Origin: Camelus dromedarius
Taxonomy: Eukaryota
DNA length: 64,000 bases
Reading direction: 5' to 3'
Assembly (NCBI RefSeq): GCF_036321535.1
Contig: NC_087447.1
Coordinates: 49,416,001-49,480,000, forward strand
The notes beneath the pieces are model-generated. The model was given only the letters and a program-made list of their open reading frames with translations, was not told the DNA's origin and made no database searches. Both the position numbers and the translations under genes were made by a program. The first letter of the stretch is position 1, and each line of letters opens with the position of its first letter. Of the stretch, positions 26,783 to 40,611 are shown one piece after another.

Positions 26783-28687
26783 ATTGCAGGTGCACAGCCA
26801 TTCATCACATTGTCTCTCACGGGCTTGAGAGCTATAAACATTCCCCAAATGTTTGTACCGCTTAACCAGAAGGGTGTCATTTTCATTTGCTTCTCTTTTT
26901 CATTGTTTTTTATGAATGCATTTTATTTTTTTGAATCGGGAAAGAACACTATTTTCATAATGGTGGGGAGGAGTCCTTCTTTTGCTCCTATTCATTTTGT
27001 CTGATGTGTCTGCCTGTCTGGCAACCACTCAAGTGTCTTGTGAGCCTCAGTTGAAGGCTTGGAGCTCTGTGACATGTTTCCAACACCCTGTCCTCCTCAG
27101 TGCCCTGTTGTCCCCATCATACTTAAAATGTTTATCTGTCTCCCCAGCCCCCACCCTCAGCTCTGAGTTCCTGGAGGGCAGGAGCTGAGTCAAATTCATC
27201 AGTGTCCCCAGGACCTGACATAGGCAGTGGACCCAAGTTACACTAATGCTTCTTGAGCCCTATGTTCCAGGTGCTTTACTAGGCACTAAGTACTTTACCT
27301 GTATCAATTAATTTAATCTCACACCATTCCATGGGATGAGTTAATTATGATTTCCATCCCATTTTACAGATGAGGAAACTTATGCAGAGATCATTCAACT
27401 AAGGTCACATAGCTAGCAAACGATCAGACCAGGGAGGTGAACCCAGGCCGTCTGGCTCAAGTCTGTGACCTTAAACATGACATCACACCAAATAATCGCT
27501 TGCAAAAGTTTTGCTGAATGAGAAAACCTGGAGTTTCCCTAAAGTATCATTCAACCTGAAGGATGTTTTGAGTGTCCCCAAAGGCAGGGATTTAAATCCA
27601 TACCCCAGCCTGCTGTATGGATCCAGTGACACACAGGCAGTTTGCTCACAAGAACCTGAACAAGGTTAAATGGTTGCTGTCACTGAATTCACCTCTATTC
27701 GTTTGCTGGACCTCGTGGGCTTCAGTGTATAGAAGAAAAGTGGCTCGTGTATGTGGAGGAGGGGGCTATGATGGTCTCACTGTCTTGGCTCTGGGAACAA
27801 TCCCAAATTCTGCCTGAGGGGCCTCTTCCCACCTGTCTAAAGCTGATCTGGGCCAGGGCGGGGTCCCAGGAATTCAACTGAGCAAGAAACAGCTCTGAGT
27901 TTCCCAGCACCTGAGGCAAACAGAGTAACAAGATTGGTATGTAACACTCCACTGTAATCTTCTGTTCTTTAAACAGTTACTGCAAATCTTCTGTTCTGCA
28001 ATCAGTTACTAAGTGCCTGCCCTCTGCCAATCACTGTGCCTAATCTCCTGGACACAAAGAAGTAAGACACCATTGATTTCTGAGGTTGAAAGGATAACAG
28101 CAGCATGTCTAACACAAATTTAAGAGTCATAGGTGGGAGCCACAGATGTAAGTACATTTTCCAGTAGCCACATGAAAGAAAAGCGAAAGAAACAAGTGAG
28201 CTTAATTTTAATAGCATATCTTATTTAACTCAACATATCTGAAATGGTATTGTTTCACCATGCAATCAGTATGAAAAATTGTTAATGAGATGTCCTTTTT
28301 AAACTACTTTGAAATCTGGTGTGTATCTTACACTTTTCCACTCAAACCAGCTGCATTTCAAGTGCTCAACAGCTCTCCAAGGCCAGTGGCTGCCATATGG
28401 CAGCCTTAGTCTGACTAAGAGAATTTTCTTTACCCTGAGCATCCAGAAGAAAGGATGATGGGATTTGGTATTGGAGGCTGGGACATTCACATTGAATTTT
28501 CACAAGCGGCTATGTGATCAGAAATCCATACCTTTATGTGGCCCTTGCATTTTTTCCATTTTTATGCATTTTAAATTTCACCAGTGATACATGAATAAAT
28601 TTTTATTATAAGAAAGGTCAAGCAATAAAGTAAATTGCCCCCAAACCTCCCCCAATACTGTTCTAATTTCCCAAGTAATCTTAGAAA

Positions 28688-29149
28688 TGTTACGGAAACG
28701 ACAGGCCAGTCAAGAAACAAGAACCACTTGGAGGGTTGGAGTACTCAGATGTATTAAGCCGGCAGGCTCAGAGGGGCTTCTGCTCCGAAGCTCTGAGCCC
28801 CTTCAAGATGTGCACATGAGGTTTTATAGGGTAAAGTACAAGCTTGGGGTGTTCAGCCAATAGGCATGGAACAGCTTTAGCAGCATTATCATCACAAAAG
28901 TGGAGGTGGGGAGGCAGCAAACCAACATTCCAAAGCCAGATATGTATCTTTGAAAATCCAGCTGGCTAGCAAAAAAACATAAACAACAAACCAACACTAA
29001 TTAACCTAGATTTACAAGTTAGTCCAGCAGAACTCAGATCAGTATTCCAATACTTAGATTTGTGAGTTATCCTGCCAGCCCAGCCCAGCCTCTCCACATT
29101 CCTAGACTTGTGAGTTATCTTGTTAGACCAGCCCAGCTTTTCCTTCACA
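28688..29149 (-). mobile_element. Solo ERV LTR (~460 bp)
   Basis: TG...CA ends, imperfect TSD gaaa/gtaa, minus-strand TATAAAA (28822-28828), AATACA (28750-28755), U3 direct repeats tagaYttgtgagttatc. Confidence 0.7.
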
Positions 29150-29270
29150 GTAATAAATTGGTTGAGTATACACCTTCCTATGTATTTATATGCATATACA
29201 TTTTATCTTATCGTACATAAATATTGCACAGGTCATATTGTTCTGCAAATGAGTTTTGTCACATATTTTT

Positions 29271-29552
29271 AAAAATTTTTTATTGAAGTGTAGTTGATTT
29301 ACAATGTTAGTTTCAGGTGTACAGCAAAGTGATTCAGTCATACATATACATACATATATATTTTATTTTCAGATTCTTTTCATTATATGTTACTATAAGA
29401 AATTGAATATAGTTCCCTGTGCTATACAGTAGGTCCTTGCTGTTTATCTATTTTATATATAGTAATGTGTGTCTATTAATCCCCAACCCCTAATTTATTC
29501 TCCCCCGTCCTTTCCCCTTTGGTAACCATAGTTTGTTTTCTATGTCCATGTG
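29271..29552 (-). mobile_element. Short L1 3' end with TSD
   Basis: ttttattgaagtgtagttgatttacaatg terminus; TSD gtcacatattt (29258-29268 / 29553-29563). Confidence 0.85.
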
Positions 29553-32500
29553 GTCACATATTTCTTGGTGCTCTTCTCATGTGCATACACAGATTCACCT
29601 CATTCTTTTTCATCATTATATAATATTCCATAACCATTTCCCTACTGAAGGGCTTTCAGGCTGTTTTAATTTATGTTTTCACTATTATGAATAGTACCAT
29701 AATGAACACTCTTGCACCACTTCCGTTTGCGTGTTTTTCTGGAGCAGATAAAAAGGAATGTATTTTCTGGGCCAAAGGGAATCAACATCTCAAATTACAG
29801 TAGATATCATCGAGCTGCCCTCCCAAAGGAGCCCAGTTTACACTAGGGTGAGGAGCTCCTTTTCTCACACCTTTCCATACACTGTATCTTATTTTTATTG
29901 GAAGTAGGGGTATCAGCAGTGAGTCTTTTAGCAATGACACAAAAGCAGTACGTTTAAAAAATTCTTTTAAAATTCATTCTACAGTATTCGTCTATTTGTA
30001 TCTAGAGACTCCATTCCAGGCCCAGAGCAAGTCATTGATGTATTTTAATCAAATTAAGAACATAGTGGCATCACACCTCGCTTGGGAGTGTCATCTAAAG
30101 TGAGTGATGACAGAATGTGGTCGGCGTCATCCTAGAACAATAATCCCTTAGAGATGCTCTGGTGGAGACTGATGAATCCAGTTTTCCCTCCAGGACTGGA
30201 ACAGCCCCCTGATTCTTTGGTTGGGCACTAGATAAGTTTGTTGGATATTCAGGGGTTTTGTAGGAAAGAAGACGTAAATTGGTGAACACTCAGCCCAGCT
30301 GATGCTCATCCCATGAGAGGCCCTCGGGGAGGGAAGACCTAGATGGCCTGGCTGAGCAGGAGGGCCTCTTCTGTCCTCCCACCTCCCGTGCTCACCGAGA
30401 GCCATGTGCTCACAGAGCTGGGTGCGGGGGCACCCATCCTAACTCACGCTATTTAAATTCTCTCTTCTTTTTTTGCCAAGTTCCTCCAACTGGATCCGCA
30501 TATGTTAAATGTTTTCTATGAGATTCCACTGTGCTAGTCTTCCAGGGACTAAACTGTTCTCCAAAACTGTGGGCTATATTCATTCAACCAGGCAAAGTCT
30601 CACCTTTGATTTTTAGGAATTTCAGGACAGGACCTGTGTGGCACTCACAGACACATGGCCCTCTCTTCACAGTTTTGGGGGCACTTCTGTGGCATGATGG
30701 GACAAACTGAGTAACGCTTGTTTATATTTTGGCTATCCAAGAAGAGAGTAAGTCACTCTCACAGTCTCAGCTCAATTAGAATTCAGTGTATTGTGACTAC
30801 TATTTTTACAGCATTAATTTGAGTAATATAATGTCTTCTTATAATAGATAAAACGAAAGGCATTATGATAAAGATAAAGACTTCCTTCATGGGATTTCTC
30901 TGGGACCAGAGGGCAATACCCAGGCAGGCATCCTCTTGTGTCACTGGGGAAGGGCAGAGCTGAGCCACCATGGAGACTCAGGAGGTGACGTTTACTCAGA
31001 GAACTTGCCATGGTCTGAGTCTCCACAACGTGTTTTTGTGGGCTTCCCAGGTAAGATATATGGCACTTGCAAGCAAATTCATATGACTCATACTACCAGG
31101 AATTGATCTAAAACCAGACTCCATGCACTGCTTTGTTTGCTAATCAAACTTTTTTTGACCCTGGGCCTGAGCCAGGCCATATCCTAGGCTCTGGACATAA
31201 TGAGCAAAACAACCTTGGTCTTGGCCCTTAAGGAGCTTACGGTGCAGTGGGACAAACACGTAAATAGGCCATTCCAACCCAGCGAGATGAGTGTTACAGG
31301 TGTGGGAGCAACTAGGGAAGGCCCATTCCTGAAGGAAGTGACATGTTTAACATGACAGTGGGGTAGGAAAGAGCCAGTAAAGGAAGATTTCACAGAAAAG
31401 GGAGAGCATGATTGCTGGAGCAAGGTCTCAAAAGAACAGAACTAAACTTGACTCAGAACACAGCGGGTGAGTGGGTGAGGGGTGCAGATGACCTTCGGCA
31501 AAAAGATGTTCTCTTTTCTGAGTAGGGAGAAGAAGGGCCTTGGATGGCCAAGGGCACACACAATTATATGGCAGGTGAGAAGCAGTCCTTGGTTGTACAA
31601 TCTATTTGCTGGACAAGGAGTTGACTGCTGAGAGTGAGAGTGAGGGGAGGTTCTGATTTGTAAAGATTGTAATAGGCACTGTGGGAGGAGAGGCACATCT
31701 GAATGAGGAAATATTCTGACCCCAGCATGCAAGGTTGGGTGCTCTCCCACAGTGCCCACACCCCAGGTGAGGGTGTAGAGAAGTCAGGTAGGCAGATTCT
31801 CCAGGGTGGAGATTTTAGCAGCCTGGTACCACTGAATTAACAGACCACGGAGCTGGATGAGGACTAAGGACAGGAGTGAAGAGCAGAGGGAGATGACAGG
31901 TGGAGAAAAAAGTCTGTTTCTGGGTTCCTCACCTCAGTGAGGCTTGTCACTAAGCATTCACTCCTGGAATCAGAAACCAGTGCATTGTTCTCAATTCCCC
32001 CCTCACCCTCAATCCATCACCAAGATACATCAGGTCCACAGCCTGTCTCTTTGGTTCATCCACTTCTTTTCATTTTCCCTGGTGCCTCTGTACAGCCACT
32101 CCTTGCAGCCCCCAAAACTCTGTTAATTTCATGATTGTAAGACAGATCTTGGCATTAGAGTTGTTTCAGTGCTGGGGAAAATCTCAAATGGCTTCTAAGA
32201 CCAGACAAGAAATGAGTGAAGCTGCCAGGGACAATTCTGGAAAAGCCCTAATCCATTAATAGGGAAGGAGAGTGCTGCTATGAGGAAATGTGGGCCCAGT
32301 GCTTTGCTAGACTTTTCTGTGTTTTTAAGGAAAACCTAAAATAGTTCTACAGAGAAATTTCCTGATTTTTAAATAGAGGCAAAGTATTTAAATTTAAAAT
32401 AAAGCTGTTCATCACAAGGAAAAACTTTTTTCTTTTTCCTTTTGTCTTTATTGTATCTATTTGAGATGACAGATGTTAGCTGAACCTATCATGGTAATTA

Positions 32501-33035
32501 TTTCATAATATATGTAAATCAAGAATCATGCTGTATGCCTTAAACTTATACATTGATATATGACAATTATTTCTCAATAAAGCTGGAAAAAAAACTGTTG
32601 TTGAAGTGTTAAGGAATGAAGTATGCTGATGTCTACAAGTAACTTTGAAATCAAAAGGTACATTGTTGGGTGGATAGAGGGATGGAGAAATACGAGATAA
32701 AGCAAATATGGAAGAAATGTTCATTGCAGCACCTAGGTGATGCATATATGGGTATGCACTGCACAATTCTTCCAACTTTTCTGTGTACTTGAAATTTTTC
32801 GCAATGAAATATAAAGGGAAATTTTTTTAATTGAAAAAGAATCGTTAGCCACTATTGTGATTGCTGTTACAGGTTGTAACAGACTTTATGAAAGTGAGAT
32901 AGAAGTAAATGGATTAATAATGTAAAGGTCTTTAAACAGTCCTCAGAATATTTAATGATGTTATCATTAACGTTTGGAATGGAAGAAATGGACACATACT
33001 GGAAGAGATAGGCGCCTCCATGAATTTCACTGAGG

Positions 33036-33156
33036 TATGAAAACGAATATATGTATGTATATGTATTACTGAACTATTATACTGTACACCAGAAATTGAC
33101 ACAACATTGTAAACTCACTATACTTCAATTAAAAAATTTTTTTAAATAAAAATAAA
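33036..33156 (+). mobile_element. Short L1 3' end just upstream of the RPS3 promoter
   Basis: Same terminus family as the 12695 copy (ctgtacaccagaaattgacacaacattgtaaact...tatacttcaatt plus A tail). Confidence 0.8.
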
Positions 33157-33389
33157 AGTTTCGTTGAGGGCTTTCAGCCAATTTTCATTACAATGTAGAG
33201 GGTAGGGACCAGGGCTCCAAGTATACCTGTAATTTCCATCTCTGCACCTGACGTTGCTCATTTTTAATCTGAGAATTGGACTTTATAAACTCCCTTGCAG
33301 TTTTGAAGTTCTGATTGATCTGCTCCCTTTCCTGTTTCTGCCTATAGGTGTCTCCCTTACTCCTCTCTTTCCTTTTACCGCCTTCCTAA

Positions 33390-33522
33390 AGTAAAAACTA
33401 CATTTCCCATGAACGCTCACAGGCGTCGACGTCGCGCAGTTTTTTGTCGTCGTACTGCGCCCTTTATACGTACTTCCGCCCTCTAACTCTTTCTTTTCCT
33501 TTCGGCGGCGCGCGGCGGCAAG
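33390..33522 (+). promoter_or_regulatory. RPS3: RPS3 core promoter and 5'UTR with polypyrimidine (TCT / 5'TOP) start
   Basis: ACTACATTTCCCATGA (ZNF143/THAP11-type, 33397-33412), TATA-like TTTATA 33463-33468, ETS ACTTCCG 33472-33478, pyrimidine tract CTCTTTCTTTTCCTTTC 33487-33503, YY1-like AAGATGGC over the ATG. Confidence 0.85.
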
Positions 33523-33552
33523 ATGGCTGTGCAGATTTCTAAGAAGAGGAAG
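33523..33552 (+). CDS. RPS3: 40S ribosomal protein S3 (uS3), exon 1: MAVQISKKRK
   Basis: Known uS3 N-terminus; donor GTGAGA at 33553. The six coding exons sum to 732 nt = 243 aa + stop. Confidence 0.98.
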
Positions 33553-33684
33553 GTGAGACTCTGGGACCCGGGTGCAGGGAACTGTGGCGCCGCGTGAGTC
33601 AAGGGATTCTCTGGGTGCCGTCGCGAGACCGGCGGCTCCCTGCCTTGCTCTGGGCAGCGGCTGGGCCGCGGATGGCGGTAGATT

Positions 33685-33819
33685 GAGCGCAGGCCCTAGC
33701 CGGGCGAGCGCAGGCCCTAGCCGGGCGAGCGCAGGCCCTAGCCGGGCGAGCGCAGGCCCTAGCCGGGCGAGCGCAGGCCCTAGCCGGGCGAGCGCAGGCC
33801 CTAGCCGGGCGAGCGCAGG
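33685..33819. repeat. Perfect 21-bp GC-rich minisatellite (GAGCGCAGGCCCTAGCCGGGC) x6 + 9 nt
   Basis: Six identical units read directly, in RPS3 intron 1. Confidence 0.97.
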
Positions 33820-34490
33820 GTGTTGGGGATGGGAGGGACGGGTTTTTGCCGGTTCCCGGCGGAGAGCAGAGTTAAACCCCGGGGGCCCGTCCAGCCCCGG
33901 AAAAGGTGCTTGTGAGTATTTCTTGGTCAGTGAAATTAATAAACATGTGGTGGTTTTGAGGGCGTGAGCCATTCTCGCCATCTTACCATGGCTTTGGAAA
34001 AGGGAGGTAGCATTGTATTTCTTTACTAATAGTGTCTGGGTGCAGTCCTCTGACGCCAAAGACCTCAATTGGGAAGGCTACTGACAATTTCTTGTTCCAT
34101 TTGAGGCCATTGAGAAAGTTCTGGGGACATGGAGGAAGGGGACCTGGAAAGAATGTTCCTCGAGTTTATCTTTACCTTTCCATGGGAGAGGGGTGCCCAT
34201 TTGCCATTTTGTGTATCCATAACGTCGATGTTAAAATGAAATCCATAGGTTTTTTTGAGTTAGGATGCGTAGCTTTGTAAAACGCAGGTGGGTACAAGTA
34301 AGGCAAAATAAGATGCCTGGGATTCTAGTGATGGGCCAAATTGTATCTACAGGTGAAACTACTTAACTCAAGGCCCTATCTGTTCTTTCACTGGTTGCAA
34401 ATATCTTCTTGCTGTGCTGTGAGTTGTAAATGTGCCCTTTTAGAGCAATTTTTTGTTTAGTATGTGTACATGTAAATGACAATTTTAAAA

Positions 34491-34641
34491 CCCTTCAATG
34501 AAGAGAAGATGACGAGTCTGACTGGAGGTGTTCTTTGTCCAGGTGGCCTCTATTCTGTGCTGCGTTCTGTGGCACAGTTTTAAGGGCCCTGGGTCAAAGT
34601 AACTTCCAAAAGATGACCTAGAGGCATTTGTCTGAGAAGGG
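34491..34641 (+). ncRNA. SNORD15A: Box C/D snoRNA U15A in RPS3 intron 1
   Basis: Terminal stem CCCTTC/GAAGGG, C box ATGAAGA, D box CTGA 34632-34635, 28S guide GAGGCATTTG; known host gene and intron. Confidence 0.95.
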
Positions 34642-34781
34642 TGGTTATGTTCCTGCTGGAACAAAGGTAGTATGATTGATGATGGGTCATTTGTTGGAGG
34701 TGTTAGGTTTTGATGAGGGCTGCACTGGTTGGAAGACTGGGCTAGGAAAATCAAGCCTGTACTCATGTACTTTTTGTTTAG

Positions 34782-34913
<132 letters not shown>

Positions 34914-35862
34914 TAAAAACTCATTTTTCCTGGCCAGCACCTATAATTATCTGTACTAGGATGGTTTATTCTGTAAACTTGGGACAACCAGTGAATTTGG
35001 CCTTTGCCGATGTGATGTTTTTAAATTGCATTGAAAAATAAATCTAATCCTACTTCTTGTCATCCAAAATTTATTCTTGCTTGTGTCAGATGAATGAGAT
35101 TTTACTACCACTTATGCACCCAGGAGTTAAAATTGCTTCTGAAGTTTTGTAAGAGCTGTGAATTGTCACTTTTTTTCCCTTTAAAAAAGTCATAAGGTTC
35201 TAAGTCACATTTATCAGTTCATTTGGTCCCATATAATTCCTGTTGATTTGGATGAAGTCATCAGGTTTTCCGTTAGCGTTTCGTGCAGCTACAGTTCATC
35301 TTCTATCACTTGGCGCTGTTCCTCAAGTAATTTAGTATACCAAATAAGTCGAATTTATTCCTCCCTGAGATGTCGCAGGACTCCTTTGAAGCAAGCATCC
35401 CAGAGTTAGCTGGAAACTAAGAACTTGATGTAAAATTCGATATTTGGGAAGTGCTAAAAATACCAAAAATGTTTTAAAACAAGTTTGTCACTGAAACAAT
35501 GCTTATTCAGTCAACTAAAGAGACAGAGTTTTCAAAAAAAGCAGACACAAGTCCCATAAAGGCACAGAAACTCATACAACCTGTTAACCAAAAGCAGCAT
35601 TCTAAATTTTGCTTTGAACAACAAAGTCCATTTACTTACTAAAAGTAAATATAAACTTGGACAGTCCTAACCGTGTACAAAACTTTTCTCAGGGTTCCTT
35701 TTGCACGAAACTTCCATCACTTTTCTGTGTCTGTATTGTCCCCTGATTGTCTCATCTAGAAACAGCTCTGGGACAAAATCACTTTAACAAAATGCAGTTC
35801 CATCCTTTACACCTTTCTTTGCTTACAACACACATTTATTTACTTTGACTCACTCTAGTTAT

Positions 35863-36015
35863 TTTTTATTGAAGTGTAGTTGACTTACACTGTTAGTTTC
35901 AGGTGTACAGCAAATCAGTGCAGAATACATATATATATACATATATATATTTTTCAGATTCTTTTCCATTACAGCTCATTACAAGAAATTGAATATAGTT
36001 CCCTGTCCTATACGG
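35863..36015 (-). mobile_element. Short L1 3' end in RPS3 intron 2
   Basis: Closely similar to the L1 end at 29271-29430. Confidence 0.85.
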
Positions 36016-36044
36016 TGTGAATTGTCACTCTTTATTTTCCCCAG

Positions 36045-36138
36045 GACACAGAATGTTCTTGGTGAGAAGGGCCGCCGGATCCGGGAATTGACTGCTGTTG
36101 TTCAGAAGAGATTTGGCTTTCCCGAGGGCAGTGTAGAG
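36045..36138 (+). CDS. RPS3: RPS3 exon 3 ([16 protein letters not shown]...GSVE)
   Basis: AG/GT bounded, 94 nt, KH-domain sequence. Confidence 0.98.
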
Positions 36139-36499
36139 GTGAGTGATCCTGGCTTGTGCCAGAGGTTACTATGGGCCTGGAAATGGCGCTTTAGGATGGT
36201 ACTTCTAAAAACTCACATCATCCTGAAAACATTACTTGTTTGTGATCATTGAGTATTACAAATGGATTGGGATCTTGTTGAAGTTCTCTTAATAAGCAGT
36301 TGGAGGATTTTATATTCACCTTGGCATGTAGTAATGATATATGAGGGATTGGCTGCCCCATCAGTCTCTTTGGTGTGGCTGTAGGAGCTAGGGGTGGGAG
36401 GGCAATGAGGAATGGTTCAGCCTATGTTACTGTGTTAGGTGCGGGCATTAGAATTGCTTTAGTACTTGGATACTGTGAATGAAAATTGTTGCACAGTGA

Positions 36500-36694
<195 letters not shown>

Positions 36695-37354
36695 TAAGTG
36701 TCCTGAGACTAAAATGATTGTGTCCTTTTGTGGATTGGAATATCAGCCATTTTGTCAATAGACTGTGAAGGGCTCTGCTAGTCTCTGAGGGTTTTAATGA
36801 GATATTGCTAGTCTGTTGTCTGAACTAGCAGCCTAATGAGAGACTAGTAAAGAAGCAGGGTTTTAAAGAGTGGTCAGTGCTATAATGGGAGACTATTTTT
36901 GGTGTGTTTGGGAGTACGTGAAAAATAGAATGTGGGGGTTGGGTAGGTTTCCTGTTAATCGTTCAGATCCATTATGTGTTAACTCTTTTGGGGACCATAA
37001 GGAGATAAGACCTTTCTTTCCCTGGTGAGAGAGCTCAAAATCTAGTCAGATCTCTAGGTGTATGTCAATAATAACATGAGGAGTGATGGACTGGGAAGGA
37101 CTTGAGGTGGTTAGAGTGGCCCCTGAAACTGGGCCTGCTGAAGAGATGTCAGCTGGCAGTTTTTTGAGCAGTTCCACTATTTGTGGAGTAATTGGAATGT
37201 CTTGCCTGGGTGTTTTTGAATTTGTCAGTACTTAATACAGAGCCCTGGGAGGTTTTTCAGCATGAGAGCTATGCTGTGGACAGGTTGATAATGGTGGGAA
37301 TACTGTAAGGAAGGATGTGCAGAAGACTGCCCACCTGGTTTGCCAGCTCCACCA

Positions 37355-37590
37355 CAGTGTTCTCAAAAGTTTGGTCCCTGGGCCAGCATCACTGCTGTCA
37401 CCTGACAACTTGTTAGAAATAAAAATTCTATTTCTATCCCAGGCTCACTGTATTGGGAAGTGGGGGGTGCAGCCCCACAACTTGTCTTCATAAGCCCTCT
37501 CTAGGTGAATTTTGCACACACCAAAGTTTAAGTGATTCTTTTTAACCTTGAAGTGATTCTTATGTGCAGCCAAGGTTGGCAAGCACTTGG
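37355..37590. mobile_element. MER5A-like MITE in RPS3 intron 4
   Basis: cagtgttctcaaa...gcatcac...cttgttagaaat...gtgattcttatgtgcagccaaggttg. Confidence 0.6.
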
Positions 37591-37740
37591 TTAGAAGGAA
37601 CTTTGTGTGTATTCCCTAACGAATTAATGTAAGTTTAGGTGTGATGGGAATGGAAGAAAATTTCTATTTCTTGAGTAAGGCTCTGGTCAAATTTATTCTC
37701 CATTAAAGGAACATTGAAAGTAATCAGTACAGACTAATGA

Positions 37741-38381
<641 letters not shown>

Positions 38382-38471
38382 ACTAGACTCAGGGATGCCT
38401 GAGTAACCAGTTTTCCTTCTGCCATATCCTGTTGTGTAGTGGGGACTAGAGGAACCATAGCCAGGTCTTAA

Positions 38472-38681
<210 letters not shown>

Positions 38682-39120
38682 TAGGTATGTCTCTAAGGGT
38701 CTCTTGGAGTATAATAGGATTCTGTTCCGTTGTCCTTGTGTAACACTTGTGTCCCACAGTGTGGGAGCACCTAGAGAATAATTGTATTACACTTGCTTTA
38801 CATGAGAACACAGATTGAAGCCAGGGATTCATTTAATTGGTATTCTGTTGGGAATGTTTGCCTTTGGTCTCTAAGAAATTTCTGCGTTTACCAGTGTTTC
38901 TAAGTATGAGTTTTCCTTTATTGTCCTCCCTTGTTCAAACTTCAAGGCATTCTTGCTAGTGATTAGCTGTTTTTCAGCAGCCCCCTTAAAACTAACAGCA
39001 AGCCTCCTATGTGCAATGCCTGTTGTTGTTTCTAGGCATCCTGCATCTTACTAATTTTTATGCAAACCAGGTATTCAGGTGAATTTTCTATTCTTATTGT
39101 TGTACTTTGTTTGGTTTCAG

Positions 39121-39200
39121 GGTCTTCTTGGCAGCTGGATCTGGATTCTGGATGTTGCTCTATAAAGACCTTTAATAAAATTTTTTAAAAGACATGTGAC
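39121..39200 (+). other. RPS3: RPS3 non-coding last exon (3'UTR) with polyA signal
   Basis: Pyrimidine tract plus TTTCAG acceptor at 39120; AATAAA 39174-39179; cleavage site approximate. Confidence 0.85.
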
Positions 39201-40593
39201 CTGACTAGACTCTACATCCAGTATTCAGACTGAGGGTCATGTCGCCCATGGAAACATTGCTCGATGAAGTCTTAAGGCTGTCTTGTTTGTAATGTTTCTG
39301 TGCTTTCTCTGAAATCCTCTTGGTTTTAACTGTACTTGGAAGACGAGGGCCAGAACAGGAGGACCCGAGCAGAAATAACCGGAGAAATATCCTGAGGTGG
39401 GAGAAAATCTGGTGACAGTAAAGGTTGATTGCTAACAGGACAGCACTTTAATAGACTCACCTGGAGTCTGGGGTTATAGGTTTAGAAGAGGGGCATAGAT
39501 GGTTTTCTGTATTACACAGAAAAAGTAAATACAATGGCCGTTAAGCTTTGAGTTATGTTATGCTTTAGGTGGTGTTTCTATATACATTCTCATTAATTCC
39601 TCAACATCTTTAAAAGGGGATTTAATTGCTCTGCTGATGAAGAGCCTGATGCTCAGAAGTAAATTTGCCTAAGCGTTAGAGAGCTGTGATTAAAATGCAC
39701 ATTTCTACGTCCTGTTCTCTTAACCATTACACTCCAGAATAAAGTGTAAGAACGTTTAAATTATCTACATTTTTATCTAATATTTTGAAATGTTTTCTAT
39801 TGATAATGTATTTACAAGAAATAGTTTTTCGTTTATTCAGGTGAAACTAGTAAGAGGGACAAATTAGCGTGAAAATCCTGCAAAACTAGAGATAGTGAAT
39901 TATGTTAAGAGCACACTGATGTGTCTGTGTGTGTATCCCCTTTTAATGGAGCCTTTGATAATTTTACCGTGTAGACAGTAACATCTCATTGTTTTTGTCA
40001 GTGTTAATGAAATTGAGACCACATCTCATTAGAAATACTCCCTTCTAGAATTCTCTACAACTGAAGGAGCTAATATGTTAATGACCATCTACTTTGTTCC
40101 AGGGAGTGGTTTCATGTATATCTTCTCTCTTGGGAGCTAGATCCTGAGTACAAAATAGTCTTCATTTCCCCACGCTTCCTCTCACCTTAGGGGTGACACA
40201 TTTCCAGGAATGAGCTCTTTATCGAGCCAATGAAAGTTTTCTGGGAAGGGCTAAGAGGTAGTTACTGAAAACGTCGGGGTTTGAGCTCAGCTAAGTTTCT
40301 TTGTTTTCCTGTATTTTTGCACTTGTGGATGATTGATTGGTAGTGAAACCAGGTCAACTAATTTGAGCCTGTAGAATAGTGGGTGCTGAAAATAACCTAG
40401 GTTAAGACAGTCCTGGTTATCTCTGATTAGTATCTAGTACTGGCATCTCTGATTAGTATCTAGAACTGACTAGTCAGAAGGTTCTTTGCATATTTGATTG
40501 GATGATCTTTTTAATTCCTTTCTTAGTGAGTTTTCTGCAAATACCAGTCCACTTAAAGCTGGAAGTTTTTGGGTTTCAGTAGTGCTGTTAGCA

Positions 40594-40611
40594 TTCCACC
40601 AGGTGGTGCTG
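40594..40611 (+). promoter_or_regulatory. Predicted CTCF site downstream of RPS3
   Basis: TTCCACCAGGTGGTGCTG resembles the CTCF core. Confidence 0.5.

Noticed and set aside
33685..33819. CRISPR-like repeat array
   Set aside because: Units are directly adjacent with no spacers, no cas genes, eukaryotic intron.
33283..34068. 261-aa antisense ORF and 131-aa sense ORF with heptapeptide repeats (PALARLG / SAGPSRA)
   Set aside because: By-product of the 21-bp minisatellite and the CpG island; non-ATG starts, no recognisable domain.
40419..40470. Short tandem duplications (26 bp here; 22 bp at 50923-50966; 9 bp x3 near 24899; 14 bp near 7117)
   Set aside because: Ordinary replication-slippage duplications in non-coding DNA.
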